Positions 1 through 9,825 of a DNA stretch of 64,000 nucleotides are shown here, in pieces. Below the pieces are notes generated by a model. The model was not told where the DNA came from. It made no database searches and worked only from the letters and a program-made list of their open reading frames with translations. Location: contig OZ244883.1 of the NCBI GenBank assembly GCA_965221375.1, forward strand, positions 1,444,163-1,508,162, read 5' to 3'. A program made the position numbers and the translations under genes. The stretch's first letter is position 1. Every line of letters begins with the position of its first letter. This stretch comes from an uncultured candidatus Porisulfidus sp. GTDB lineage: Bacteria > Pseudomonadota > Gammaproteobacteria > Poriferisulfidales > Poriferisulfidaceae.

Positions 1-450
1 GACGCGAATGTCACGCGCCATCGCCAGCATCATCTTGCTGAAGTTCTCGGCCTGCGCCTCACTTCTTGAAACAACATCCAGATGCGTCAATTTGCTGACG
101 CCATCGACCAGATAGGCGACATCCTCACCGAACTTCTGCACGATCTGATCACGTGCCGTGGGGGTATCCTCAATGACATCATGCAGCAAGGCCGCCGCGA
201 TGGTGTCTCCGTCCAGATGGAAATCGGCCAGTGTCTTGGCCACCGACAGCGGATGGCTGATATAGGGTTCCCCGGTCTGTCGGAATTGCCCTTCGTGCCG
301 ATCGGCACTGAATAAATAAGCTTGATAAATGCGTTGTACCTGTGCGGCTTCCAGGTACTCCCCTACTTGCGCACACAGGGCGCTGAAACGGAATGAACCG
401 TGCGGCACCTCCGCAACCGGCGCGACTGCCGGTTCAGCCGTGGCCGCCAT
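1..450 (-). CDS. spoT: Bifunctional (p)ppGpp synthetase/hydrolase SpoT, N-terminal part (runs off the window edge)
   Basis: Manual translation from ATG at 450 gives ...HEGQFRQTGEPYISHPL...AALLHDVIEDT...LVDGVSKL...QAENFSKMMLAMARDIRV, the RelA/SpoT HD domain. It lies directly downstream of rpoZ and is absent from the ORF track because it is truncated. Confidence 0.95.
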   Translation of the reverse strand, partial: MAATAEPAVAPVAEVPHGSFRFSALCAQVGEYLEAAQVQRIYQAYLFSADRHEGQFRQTGEPYISHPLSVAKTLADFHLDGDTIAAALLHDVIEDTPTARDQIVQKFGEDVAYLVDGVSKLTHLDVVSRSEAQAENFSKMMLAMARDIRV

Positions 451-455
451 TGAAA

Positions 456-878
456 TTACTCGGCCGAAGGACTGCGCTCCTCATTGGCCTGGGGGTCGGC
501 GACGGTATCTTCAAACGGCGCTGCGGCATCCTCCGGTGATGCGTCGGCAGCCGTCTCCTCGTCAAGCGCATCCAATTCCTCGTCGTCATTCTCGGCAATA
601 AGACTGTCGGGCTCCATCTCTGCCGCCTGGCGATGCACATCTGCCGGATCCAATGCGTCCTCTGCTTCAGGCTGCGTCAGCGGTTGACCCAAAACTTCGC
701 GATTCACCAAGCCTCCGGCGATCTCACGCAAGGCGATGACCGTCGGCTTGTCTTCGTCCTTTTCCAAAACCGATTCGGAGCCCATTTTGAGTTGTCGGGC
801 GCGATGCGCCGCAATCAGCACCAAATCAAAACGATTGTCCATTTTTTCCAGACAATCTTCGACAGTAATACGAGCCAT
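456..878 (-). CDS. rpoZ: RNA polymerase omega subunit with a long acidic C-terminal tail
   Basis: [38 protein letters not shown] signature; upstream of spoT. Confidence 0.97.
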   Translation of the reverse strand: MARITVEDCLEKMDNRFDLVLIAAHRARQLKMGSESVLEKDEDKPTVIALREIAGGLVNREVLGQPLTQPEAEDALDPADVHRQAAEMEPDSLIAENDDEELDALDEETAADASPEDAAAPFEDTVADPQANEERSPSAE

Positions 879-1030
879 TTAAAAGAAATTTCCGTAGCAA
901 GGCGGGGAAGGTATTTTAGCGGATACTGCGCAAAGGGGTCAATACGCGAATGGGTTATGGAATCCCTTCGCCACCCGTCTTCCAAAGATTTTCGCTACAC
1001 TTTGATTTATCAGGCAACGAATTCTTACTG

Positions 1031-1375
1031 ATGAGCCAGGCATCCTGCACTTTCCACGGCGTGTTCCCCGACGAAATTCGCCAAGACGGTCAAATCATCG
1101 TCTCGCGCGTTCTGTTTGATGTGGAGTATCAGGGCCGTCTGCATTCCCACCACATCGCACACGTCATTCAGGTCGAAGGCGAGACCGATTTGCAGGTGAC
1201 CTCGGATTTCAAACTCCCCTGCGAGGGCCTTGCGGATGCAGTTTTTGCCTATTTGGATTACGTGTATGGGAAACAAAGCCACAGCATTTCGCATGGCGGC
1301 CCCAAAGGCCCCAATATCCGCAGTAATGTGATGCACGTGGTCTGGCGTACTGATTTGGAAATCGGCGAGACCTGA
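1031..1375 (+). CDS. Hypothetical protein (~114 aa)
   Basis: ORF with protein-like composition filling the gap between rpoZ and the chorismatase-like gene. The start at ATG 1031 is my choice (the ORF track starts at 950). No family recognised. Confidence 0.55.
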   Translation: MSQASCTFHGVFPDEIRQDGQIIVSRVLFDVEYQGRLHSHHIAHVIQVEGETDLQVTSDFKLPCEGLADAVFAYLDYVYGKQSHSISHGGPKGPNIRSNVMHVVWRTDLEIGET

Positions 1376-1388
1376 ATCTCCTAAGAAA

Positions 1389-2360
1389 TCACAGCAAGTA
1401 AGCGCTTTCCATTTCCAACGCCAAGTCTTCCCGGCACAAATCGCTGTGCAGAAAATAACGCGGTAGTCCCGGTCCGAGCACTGCATCCAACTCGCGACGC
1501 ACGGCCTCATGGCTGCTCGGATCTTTCAAATAGACTTTCTCAAACGGTAACATCTGCAACTGCTCGGGAAACGTTTTATCCTTCAAGTGTGCCTGCGCCA
1601 TCACCAATTCATGGTTTCGCAAGACTTCCCGAGTTTGTTGGACCACATCATGGGGATGCAGAGTTTGATGACCCGCAATGCTAGCGGTCCCGGATAAATA
1701 AAGCATCGGGGCCCCGTCATCCGTATACGCCGCCATGCCTCGGCAGAACGACGGGCCGTGAGGGCCCAAATTCTCAGGATAATCCGGTGGTGCGGTTTGC
1801 CGTGGATTATCCAAAGCGCAACCTGGCTTGCGGCTCGCCAATACGTAAATCGCAAATCCCGGCCCTTGACTGCCGGTTGTGGTAACTGCCGGCAAGGAAA
1901 TATCTTGGCCCTGCGCATCCTCCAGCATGGCGCGGCGGCGCCCTTCGCAAAACTGCTGATACCGATTCATGCCGCCTTCGCCGGCGCCGATCTGCGGGAA
2001 ATGATTCCAGATTCGCAACATCCAGGGATAGCCTTGCTCGCGCCCCAGCGCCAGCAGCGTTTTATAGATATGGTGCGTGAGTGACTGCAGACCGCCCTTG
2101 TCTTCCGGAAACACCGCATACGCCAGCATCAGCGAGCCGAAGCAAACGTAATAAAAATCTTGACTGGTTCCTCGCCGTTCAATACGGGGACTCCTCCAGT
2201 ACTCCTGCAGAGCTGGCGGGTCGACAGGCGGAATGGCAAGTTGCAGACACCCTTCTTCGGCATCCGAACGCTCACCATATACAATGCGAAGAAGCGTGTC
2301 CTCAGTCGCGGCTTGGGGTTTTGAATCCGAGCTGTATGAAACGCGGCACAACGACTCCAT
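1389..2360 (-). CDS. FkbO/Hyg5-family chorismatase-like protein (XanB2-like)
   Basis: Motifs LRIWNHFP, RYQQFCEGR, DNPRQ, GPSFCRG, YLSGTASIAGH and C-terminal DLCREDLALEME. Confidence 0.85.
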   Translation of the reverse strand: MESLCRVSYSSDSKPQAATEDTLLRIVYGERSDAEEGCLQLAIPPVDPPALQEYWRSPRIERRGTSQDFYYVCFGSLMLAYAVFPEDKGGLQSLTHHIYKTLLALGREQGYPWMLRIWNHFPQIGAGEGGMNRYQQFCEGRRRAMLEDAQGQDISLPAVTTTGSQGPGFAIYVLASRKPGCALDNPRQTAPPDYPENLGPHGPSFCRGMAAYTDDGAPMLYLSGTASIAGHQTLHPHDVVQQTREVLRNHELVMAQAHLKDKTFPEQLQMLPFEKVYLKDPSSHEAVRRELDAVLGPGLPRYFLHSDLCREDLALEMESAYLL

Positions 2361-2439
2361 CGGACTTCAATACGGTCAATTTTTCAAGCTTTGCAGACTT
2401 TGAGCATTTTAACAACTTGCGACAAAAAGCACTTTTGTG

Positions 2440-4395
2440 ATGCGCGTCGGGATTGACACAGGCGGTACTTTTACCGACTTCATTGTGCGGGATGCGGATG
2501 GCTGGCGCGTGCACAAAGTCTTGTCCGAACCGACGGCACCCGAGCAGGCTATTTTGCGCGGTCTGCGCGATTTGGGCATTGATGCACAGCAGACTTTTTA
2601 CCTTGCGCACGGAAGCACGGTCGCCACCAACGCCCTGTTGGAGCGCAAAGGCAGCCGATGCGCCTTCATCACCAACCGCGATTTTGCGGATCTGCTAACG
2701 CTGGGTCGTCAGGCGCGACGGGCATTGTATGACCTGACCCCGACCGTGGAGACACCTCCGGTTCCGGAAGATTTATGCTTTGAGACAGGCGGGCGCATAG
2801 GTCCGAACGGAGAAATTCTGGAGCCGCTGACCGATGCCGACCTGCAGGCTCTGCGGCAGGCCCTGAAGAAGGCCCAACCCGAGGCCGTCGCCATCAATTT
2901 CCTGTTTTCCTATGTCGACGACCGTTTTGAGCAACAGATCAAGGAAATCATTCCGGAATCCATTTTCGTCTCCTGCTCCTCCGATGTGCTTCCCGAAATT
3001 CGCGAATATGAGCGTGGCATTGCGACCTGGTTGAACAGTTACGTCGGTCCCAAAGTCGGCTATTACATCACCGCGTTACAGCAGGCCTTGCCGCATGCTA
3101 GTATCGACGTGATGCAAAGCCATGGTGGAACCATTCCGGCCATGCTGGCGGCACATCATGCAGTGCGTCTACTCCTGTCGGGTCCGGCCGGCGGCTTGGC
3201 TGCCGCGGTTCACATCGGCCGCCAAGCCGGCTGCAGACGCATTCTGAGTTTCGATATGGGCGGCACTTCAACAGACGTCGCCCTTCTCGATGATGGCATT
3301 CGTCTGACTTCTGAAGGGACGATTGGCGAGTATCCGGTCGCAACCCCCATGGTGGAGATGCATACGATCGGAGCTGGTGGCGGATCGCTCGCCTACTGTG
3401 ACAGCGGTGGCTTGCTGCGCGTCGGACCTCAATCTGCCGGCAGTCAACCCGGACCCGCCTGTTATGCACGGGGCGGCGCCCAGCCGACTGTCACCGATGC
3501 TCATGCCGTGCTGGGCTGGCTGCCCGCACAAACACGATTGGCCGGCGACCTGCCACTGGATGTGGAAGCCGCGCAGCATGCGGTCGCTGAATTGGCGGAC
3601 ACATTGAAACTGGATGTGCCGGACGCGGCCCGCGGCATTGTGCGCATCGCCAATGAGAACATGGCGCATGCCCTGCGCGTGGTTTCAGTACGTCAAGGCT
3701 ACGATCCCAAAAATTTTGTTCTGATGGCGTTCGGCGGCGCCGGAGGACTGCATTTATGCGACTTGGCCGAGGCGATGGGCATGACGCACGCTATGTCGCC
3801 GGCCCATGCGGGAGTCTTCTCGGCGTTGGGTCTATTACTTGCTTCACGAAGTCGCGAATCTTCCCATGCCATCCTGCAGCGCCTGCAGGACATGCGTGAT
3901 GCGGACATCAACGAAAAGTTCATCGAAATTGGCAACAAAATCCACACCGAAATGGATATGGAAGGCACTCGCACCTGGATTGAATTCCGACATGTGGACG
4001 TGCGTTACGAAGGTCAGTCCTCTACCCTGCGGTTACCTTGGACCTCGATCGAGCAAGCCCAGACTGACTTCCATCAGCGTCATCAAGAACGCTACGGACA
4101 CGCGCTGGATGCGCCGGTAGAGTTGGTGACGCTGCGGCTGGGTCTGAAAGATCCCGCCTCGCCTCCGGAACTGCCCCGCTGGCCAATCGAAACACCCGCT
4201 TCTCCCTGCGCCCACGTCCCCACGCTGGACTTTAAAGAATCGGTTGCTGTCTATGATCGATCCCAATTGGCGGTCGAACAATGCCTTGAAGGTCCCGCCA
4301 TTGTGTTGGAGACCACCGCCACCCTGAAAATCACCCCCGGTTGGCAAGGCACAATGGATCGGTATGGTAATATTCAACTCGCCCGCAAGGCATGA
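2440..4395 (+). CDS. Hydantoinase A / 5-oxoprolinase ATP-binding subunit
   Basis: GIDTGGTFTD, HGSTVATNALLE, LLSGPAGG, DMGGTSTD, TIGAGGGS and AFGGAGGLH motifs. Confidence 0.95.
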   Translation: MRVGIDTGGTFTDFIVRDADGWRVHKVLSEPTAPEQAILRGLRDLGIDAQQTFYLAHGSTVATNALLERKGSRCAFITNRDFADLLTLGRQARRALYDLTPTVETPPVPEDLCFETGGRIGPNGEILEPLTDADLQALRQALKKAQPEAVAINFLFSYVDDRFEQQIKEIIPESIFVSCSSDVLPEIREYERGIATWLNSYVGPKVGYYITALQQALPHASIDVMQSHGGTIPAMLAAHHAVRLLLSGPAGGLAAAVHIGRQAGCRRILSFDMGGTSTDVALLDDGIRLTSEGTIGEYPVATPMVEMHTIGAGGGSLAYCDSGGLLRVGPQSAGSQPGPACYARGGAQPTVTDAHAVLGWLPAQTRLAGDLPLDVEAAQHAVAELADTLKLDVPDAARGIVRIANENMAHALRVVSVRQGYDPKNFVLMAFGGAGGLHLCDLAEAMGMTHAMSPAHAGVFSALGLLLASRSRESSHAILQRLQDMRDADINEKFIEIGNKIHTEMDMEGTRTWIEFRHVDVRYEGQSSTLRLPWTSIEQAQTDFHQRHQERYGHALDAPVELVTLRLGLKDPASPPELPRWPIETPASPCAHVPTLDFKESVAVYDRSQLAVEQCLEGPAIVLETTATLKITPGWQGTMDRYGNIQLARKA

Positions 4396-4426
4396 TCATT
4401 GACCTTCTTATTTACTCGAAATTTCT

Positions 4427-5620
4427 ATGATTGAGTGGCTACCGCCCTGGCATGGTTTATTCCTCTTGCCGGTATGGGGTTATGTGCTGGTCACTTTGGC
4501 GCTGACGCACATCACGATTGTGTCGGTCACGTTGTATCTGCATCGTGACCAAGCGCACCGTGGCCTCCAATTAAGTGCGCCGGTCCGACATTTTTTCCGT
4601 TTCTGGCTGTGGTTGACGACAGGCATGGTCACCCGGGCCTGGGTGGCGATACACCGCAAGCACCATGCCCTGTGCGAGACGTGCGACGACCCGCACAGTC
4701 CGACCGTTCTGGGCTTGCGCACCGTACTCTGGTCGGGTGCCGAGTTATACCGTCGCGAAGCTGAAAATAACGAGACGCTTCGCCGCTACGGCCACGGCAC
4801 TCCCGATGATTTTCTGGAGCGGCATCTCTACGCGCGCTACTCAGGCACCGGCATTCTCAGCCTGCTGGCCATTCACGTGGTTTTGTTCGGACTGCCGGGC
4901 TTGACGGTTTGGGCGATTCAAATGTTGTGGATTCCGTTTTTTGCCGCCGGTGTGATTAATGGAGTCGGGCACTGGTTTGGCTATCGAAGTTTCTCCACTC
5001 CGGACGCCTCCACCAACATCTCGCGACTGGGCATTTTGATTGGCGGCGAGGAGTTGCACAACAACCATCATGCATATCCCTACTCCGCCCGCTTTTCTCT
5101 AAAACATTCGGAATTTGATCTCGGCTGGGGCTACATCCGGGTTCTGAAATTTTTGCGCCTCGCCAAAGTATTGCGGCAAGCGCCACGTCTGAAACTTCAG
5201 CCCCACAAAACTCAACTTGATCTCGACACCGTCCGCGCCCTTATCCGAAGCCGTATCACCGTGATGAGCCATTACGCACACCTGGTTGTCTTGCCAGCCA
5301 TGCGCCAAGAAGCGCGACGCGCCTCCCGCAATTCGCGCCAGTGGCTGAAAAAATTACGCAAACGCCTGTTGACGCGAGAACACCAGTTGACCGAGCAAGA
5401 CCACAGCCAGTTGCAGTTTCTGCTGGACCTCCATCCCCACTTGAAGGAAGTCCTGCTTTTCCGCCAACGTCTGCAGCAAATCTTCCGGGCTCGCAATGAA
5501 GGCCTGCGCGTCATGCACCAGCGCCTGGACCGGTGGTGTGCGGAAGCCGAACAAACCGGCATTGACGTGCTACAGGAATTCTCCCGAAGACTTTGCCGCT
5601 ACTCGCTGCAACCTACCTGA
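4427..5620 (+). CDS. desA: Membrane fatty-acid (acyl-lipid) desaturase, DesA type
   Basis: His boxes HRDQAH, HRKHH and HNNHH; transmembrane segments; C-terminal helical extension as in Pseudomonas DesA. Confidence 0.9.
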   Translation: MIEWLPPWHGLFLLPVWGYVLVTLALTHITIVSVTLYLHRDQAHRGLQLSAPVRHFFRFWLWLTTGMVTRAWVAIHRKHHALCETCDDPHSPTVLGLRTVLWSGAELYRREAENNETLRRYGHGTPDDFLERHLYARYSGTGILSLLAIHVVLFGLPGLTVWAIQMLWIPFFAAGVINGVGHWFGYRSFSTPDASTNISRLGILIGGEELHNNHHAYPYSARFSLKHSEFDLGWGYIRVLKFLRLAKVLRQAPRLKLQPHKTQLDLDTVRALIRSRITVMSHYAHLVVLPAMRQEARRASRNSRQWLKKLRKRLLTREHQLTEQDHSQLQFLLDLHPHLKEVLLFRQRLQQIFRARNEGLRVMHQRLDRWCAEAEQTGIDVLQEFSRRLCRYSLQPT

Positions 5621-5662
5621 TTCCTCTGACTTTACATTCTGAACACTAAACCCAGGAGTCCT

Positions 5663-5971
5663 ATGAAACGCTACGCTTGGATTGTTTGCCTCACCCTTCC
5701 CTTTGCCTTGAGCGCCTGTTCTACGATAGAGGACCTCAACCCCTTTGACGACGATGAAGAGGAAATTGCCGCGGAGTCGCAAACCCAGCCGACCCACAAA
5801 TACATCACGATCAACGTGAAAGACCGCTATGCCTTTCGAATCAAGGACCCGCTGGGCAAGCGCACCACGGGCGGCAGTTGCGGCAGCTGGAAAGATCAGC
5901 AAAAAGACACTATTGGCGAGTGCTGTTGGAACAGCCGGGGCGAATGCGGTTGCCCGTGCCCGGAACGGTAA
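5663..5971 (+). CDS. Small lipoprotein with Cys-rich C-terminus
   Basis: AGGAG RBS; signal peptide with lipobox LSAC; C-terminus SCGSW...GECCWNSRGECGCPCPER. Confidence 0.75.
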   Translation: MKRYAWIVCLTLPFALSACSTIEDLNPFDDDEEEIAAESQTQPTHKYITINVKDRYAFRIKDPLGKRTTGGSCGSWKDQQKDTIGECCWNSRGECGCPCPER

Positions 5972-5991
5972 CTGTAAATAAGGGATGGGTA

Positions 5992-6008
5992 ACAGGCGGG
6001 GTGCCTGT
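5992..6008. terminator. Hairpin between convergent genes (possible terminator)
   Basis: ACAGGC-GGGGT-GCCTGT followed by CTTTATTT, between the lipoprotein stop and the rpmG stop. Confidence 0.4.
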
Positions 6009-6010
6009 CT

Positions 6011-6178
6011 TTATTTGATTTTGGCTTCTTTATAAAGCACGTGCTTGCGCACGACGGGATCATACTTCTTGATTTCCATCTTGCCGGTGGCCGTACGTTT
6101 GTTGCGCGTTGTCGTGTAATAGTGTCCAGTGCCGGCACTGGAGACCAGTTTAATTTTCTCGCGAACGGCTTTGGCCAT
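6011..6178 (-). CDS. rpmG: 50S ribosomal protein L33
   Basis: Manual translation [55 protein letters not shown] (55 aa), directly after rpmB; too short for the ORF track. Confidence 0.97.
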   Translation of the reverse strand: MAKAVREKIKLVSSAGTGHYYTTTRNKRTATGKMEIKKYDPVVRKHVLYKEAKIK

Positions 6179-6183
6179 GACAA

Positions 6184-6420
6184 CTAAACCTTCACACCAC
6201 GGCCGCGCAATTCCGCCAACACCATATCAATGCCTTTCTTGTCAATAATCCGCATGCCCTGGCGCGAAACCCGAAGTTTGACCCAACGATTCTCACTCTC
6301 CACCCAAAAACGCTGGGTGTGGAGATTGGGCAGGAAGCGGCGGCGCGTCTTGTTATGCGCGTGCGAGACGTTGTTGCCGAACATCGGGCGCTTGCCCGTG
6401 ACCTGACAGATGCGTGACAT
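6184..6420 (-). CDS. rpmB: 50S ribosomal protein L28
   Basis: [33 protein letters not shown]. Confidence 0.98.
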   Translation of the reverse strand: MSRICQVTGKRPMFGNNVSHAHNKTRRRFLPNLHTQRFWVESENRWVKLRVSRQGMRIIDKKGIDMVLAELRGRGVKV

Positions 6421-6528
6421 GCCGAAGATCCCTCAATTGAGCGGCGCACTTTACCAGAAACCGTGCCACGGCGCAAATAAGCAGCCCCTTTCCCGGGCAC
6501 GTTTGATCTCCTTGTTGTGACTCGAAAC

Positions 6529-7566
6529 ATGGCTTCTTCCGCTCGTGTCCTTGGCATTGAAACATCCTGCGATGAGACGGGAATCGCGGTCTGGGATCAT
6601 CAGCGGGGCCTGCTCGCGCATCGGCTGTACAGCCAAGTCAAGACACATCAACCCTATGGCGGTGTTGTCCCCGAACTGGCCTCGCGCGATCATGTAAGGC
6701 GCCTGCCGCAATTGACAATGGAAGCGCTTCAGGAAGCTGATTGCACTCCCCAAGACCTGGATGCCATCGCCTACACCGCCGGGCCGGGGCTGATTGGCGC
6801 ACTCATGGCCGGCTCCGCCTTTGCTTGTGCGATGGCGTATGCAACAGGCCGTCCGGCGCTTCCCATTCACCACATGGAAGCCCATCTGCTCGCGCCTCTC
6901 ATGGGCGACCCGGACCTGGCACCGCCCTTTGTCGCGCTACTGGTCTCGGGAGGACACACATTGCTGGTGCGGGTTGATCGCATCGGCACCTATGTCAACC
7001 TCGGTCAAAGCATTGATGATGCGGTCGGCGAAGCTTTCGATAAAACCGCGCGTATCCTGGGACTGCCTTATCCGGGTGGGCCGGCCTTGGCTCAGTTGGC
7101 TGAAAACGGCGATCCTCAGCGTTTCGATTTTCCTCGGCCCATGACGGACCGAGATGACTGCGACATGAGTTTCAGCGGTCTAAAGACGCATGCCCGTCGC
7201 ATCGCGGAACAATATCCGGACGATCCAAAAGCGGCGGCAGATATTGCGGCCGGTTTTCAAGAAGCCGTGGTCGATGTGCTGGTTGCCAAAGCACAACAAG
7301 CCCTTGCCGTCAGTGACTTGAATGATCTCATCGTTGCCGGCGGCGTGGGAGCCAATCGACGTCTGCGTGAACGCCTCGCACAGGCTTTGGCTGATCGAGG
7401 CCAGAAAGTCCGTTGGCCTCCGCCGGAATACTGCACCGATAACGGTGCCATGATCGCTTATGCAGGCGCTTTGCGTCTTGCAGATGCAAAAACACCCGGC
7501 GATGGGCGCATCAACAACCGCGCCCGTTGGCCACTATCGGAACTCAGTCCCCCCGGCTCCACTTAA
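6529..7566 (+). CDS. tsaD: tRNA threonylcarbamoyladenosine transferase TsaD
   Basis: LGIETSCDETG, GGVVPELASRDH, HHMEAH, LVSGGHT, GEAFDK and CTDNGAMIA motifs. Confidence 0.97.
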   Translation: MASSARVLGIETSCDETGIAVWDHQRGLLAHRLYSQVKTHQPYGGVVPELASRDHVRRLPQLTMEALQEADCTPQDLDAIAYTAGPGLIGALMAGSAFACAMAYATGRPALPIHHMEAHLLAPLMGDPDLAPPFVALLVSGGHTLLVRVDRIGTYVNLGQSIDDAVGEAFDKTARILGLPYPGGPALAQLAENGDPQRFDFPRPMTDRDDCDMSFSGLKTHARRIAEQYPDDPKAAADIAAGFQEAVVDVLVAKAQQALAVSDLNDLIVAGGVGANRRLRERLAQALADRGQKVRWPPPEYCTDNGAMIAYAGALRLADAKTPGDGRINNRARWPLSELSPPGST

Positions 7567-8101
7567 TCGAGCAACCCATACTGGGCGTCTGCTCTTGCGG
7601 ACCGGCGCCGGTCTGCGCAACTTGTCGCATCGCTTCAAACAGCTCGCGCGGCGCATTGGGCTGCGCGTGCATGCCGCTGGCATCCAGCCGACCCCGATAC
7701 TGCAGTTTCAGATCTGCGTTGTAGCCGAAAAAGTCCGGCGTGCACACCGCTCCGTAAGCCCGTGCAATTTCCTGTGTTTCATCCAGCAAATACGGAAAAG
7801 GAAATTCATAGTGCTGGGCGACTTGCACCATGTTGTCGAACGAATCCTCCGCATAGTCGGTCGGATCGTTGGACATGATGGCGACCGAAGCGATGCCATA
7901 TTCCCGCAGTTCCCGCGTATCGCGCACGATGCGCTCCCGCACCGCTTTCACATACGGGCAATGATTGCAGATGAACATCACCAAGGTGCCGTTTTCGCCA
8001 CGGCATTCCTGTAACGACCATGTGCGATCGTCCGTGCCCGGCAAATTGAAAACCGGGGCCTCTCGGCCGAATTCGCAAACCGGAGTATGTACGAGGCTTA
8101 T
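7544..8101 (-). CDS. Thioredoxin-fold AhpC/TSA-family protein
   Basis: MFICNHCPYV, YGAVCTPDFF, YRGRLD and PSMGCSIKW motifs. The apparent start is a non-canonical ATA at 8101 (see findings). Confidence 0.85.
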   Translation of the reverse strand: MSLVHTPVCEFGREAPVFNLPGTDDRTWSLQECRGENGTLVMFICNHCPYVKAVRERIVRDTRELREYGIASVAIMSNDPTDYAEDSFDNMVQVAQHYEFPFPYLLDETQEIARAYGAVCTPDFFGYNADLKLQYRGRLDASGMHAQPNAPRELFEAMRQVAQTGAGPQEQTPSMGCSIKWSRGD

Positions 8102-8865
8102 GGGCGAAGTTCCTTCAAGGCGTTGGTGGCTGCGTTCGACAGATACATTGCATCCACGCCCACACAGACCAGCGTAAAACCCATGTCGACATATCGCTGC
8201 ACCGTCTGCGGCGCAATCCCGAAAATTCCGGGGACCTTGCCGGCTTCCCGACAAGCCTCCAAGGTAACCACCAGGCTTTCTTGAATTCTGGGGTCGTCGA
8301 CTTGCCCCGGAATGCCCATACTCATGGACAAGTCATAAGGGCCGACAAACAAAGAATCTACGCCCTCCACCGCCGCAAGCGTACGAACGTCGCGCACTGC
8401 ATCCACATGCTCGATCTGGATTACCGTCACCAAATGATCGTTGGCCTGTGCCAAATAATCATGAAACTTCACCCCATAACGCTGCGCTCGTGCAATCCCC
8501 ACGCCACGTTCTCCCTGTGGGGGGTATTTGGCGTAATTCACCACCATCTTCGCCTGTTCAACCGTATTGACCTCAGGCACGATAATGCCGGAGGCTCCTA
8601 CATCGAGCATTTTTTCAATCCAGCATTCCTCATGCACCGGAATACGCACCAGACACGGCATCTGGGTACCCGCCGCCTGCATCAAAGATTCCACCGCCAG
8701 CGGCCCATAAGCGCCATGCTCGGCATCGATAAACAACCAGTCAAAACCCACATCCGTGATGATTTCCACAACCTGCGGACTATTCAAACTGATCATCGTG
8801 CCGATTAGAACTTTACCGTCATAAAGTTGCTTGCGAAGTCCGTTTTCAAAAGCCATCTGTGCCAT
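8098..8865 (-). CDS. HpcH/HpaI-family class II aldolase
   Basis: GFDWLFIDAEHG, LDVGASGIIVP, YPPQGERG, QIE and FVGPYDLS motifs. Confidence 0.92.
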   Translation of the reverse strand: MAQMAFENGLRKQLYDGKVLIGTMISLNSPQVVEIITDVGFDWLFIDAEHGAYGPLAVESLMQAAGTQMPCLVRIPVHEECWIEKMLDVGASGIIVPEVNTVEQAKMVVNYAKYPPQGERGVGIARAQRYGVKFHDYLAQANDHLVTVIQIEHVDAVRDVRTLAAVEGVDSLFVGPYDLSMSMGIPGQVDDPRIQESLVVTLEACREAGKVPGIFGIAPQTVQRYVDMGFTLVCVGVDAMYLSNAATNALKELRP

Positions 8866-8867
8866 GA

Positions 8868-9521
8868 TTATTTCAACTCCTCAACACCCGTTTCAGAACC
8901 TACCAGCAACACGTCTGCCCCGCGCCGGGCGAACAGTCCCACGGTAACCACGCCGGGAATCTGATTAAGTGTCTCTTCAGTATCGACGGGATTCATTATA
9001 CGTAGATTGTGTACGTCCAAAATGACATTCCCGTGGTCCGTTACAAAATCCTCACGCCACTCCGGCATTCCTCCCTGCTGCACCAAAACACGTGCCACCA
9101 TCGACCGCGCCATCGGAATCACTTCCACGGGTAACGGGAAAGCTCCCAAATAATCCACTACTTTTGTATCGTCCACTATGCACACGAATGTTTCGCTGCA
9201 CTGGGCAATGATTTTTTCACCGGTCAATGCCCCTCCACCGCCTTTAATCAGGCTACGGTGCCGGGTTGCTTCATCCGCACCGTCGACATACAAACGTAAG
9301 GGACCAGCTGCATTGAGGTCGACGACGCGAATGCCGATTTCTTGCAAACGCGCGGTGCTTGCGTGCGACGAAGAAACCGCCGCATCAATTTTGCCTTTGA
9401 CGGACGCGAGCGCGTCGATGAAAAAATTGACTGTGGAGCCGGTGCCTACACCCAGCACTTCGCCCGGTTGAATATAGTCAAGAGCCGCCTCGCCCGCCTG
9501 CTTTTTTTTGGAGTCGCTCAT
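8868..9521 (-). CDS. rpiA: Ribose-5-phosphate isomerase A
   Basis: [23 protein letters not shown] and FPLPVEVIP motifs. Confidence 0.97.
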   Translation of the reverse strand: MSDSKKKQAGEAALDYIQPGEVLGVGTGSTVNFFIDALASVKGKIDAAVSSSHASTARLQEIGIRVVDLNAAGPLRLYVDGADEATRHRSLIKGGGGALTGEKIIAQCSETFVCIVDDTKVVDYLGAFPLPVEVIPMARSMVARVLVQQGGMPEWREDFVTDHGNVILDVHNLRIMNPVDTEETLNQIPGVVTVGLFARRGADVLLVGSETGVEELK

Positions 9522-9570
9522 GCCAGCCGCCTATAATGGCTTGCAGTTTACCGCATGGCTCAAGCGCTTT

Positions 9571-9807
9571 ATGCCCTACTTTGTTTTCCAGGTTGAAGGC
9601 GACAACCCCACTACTCGAAAGTTGTCCTGCCTGAGTTCATTCGATGCTTATCGGGATGCCCGAAGTCTGGCTCGCGAGGAGCGACGCAAACAGCCGGACC
9701 TGGAACCTCAGGCGGTGCGTGTCGTTTTTGCTGAAACCGAAGAACTGGCAGAAGCCCTGCTACGACAGCCGCGCGAGGCACCTATTTTGAAGGAGTGGGA
9801 AAAATAG
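9571..9807 (+). CDS. Hypothetical protein (~78 aa)
   Basis: MPYFVFQV...PILKEWEK, divergent from rpiA; TATAAT at ~9532 upstream. Confidence 0.65.
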   Translation: MPYFVFQVEGDNPTTRKLSCLSSFDAYRDARSLAREERRKQPDLEPQAVRVVFAETEELAEALLRQPREAPILKEWEK

Positions 9808-9825
9808 CCCCGTCACTGACCCTGC

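Noticed and set aside
5200-5620. Transposase-like C-terminal region of the desaturase
   Set aside because: This extension is a normal part of DesA-type desaturases, and there are no IS ends or DDE motif.
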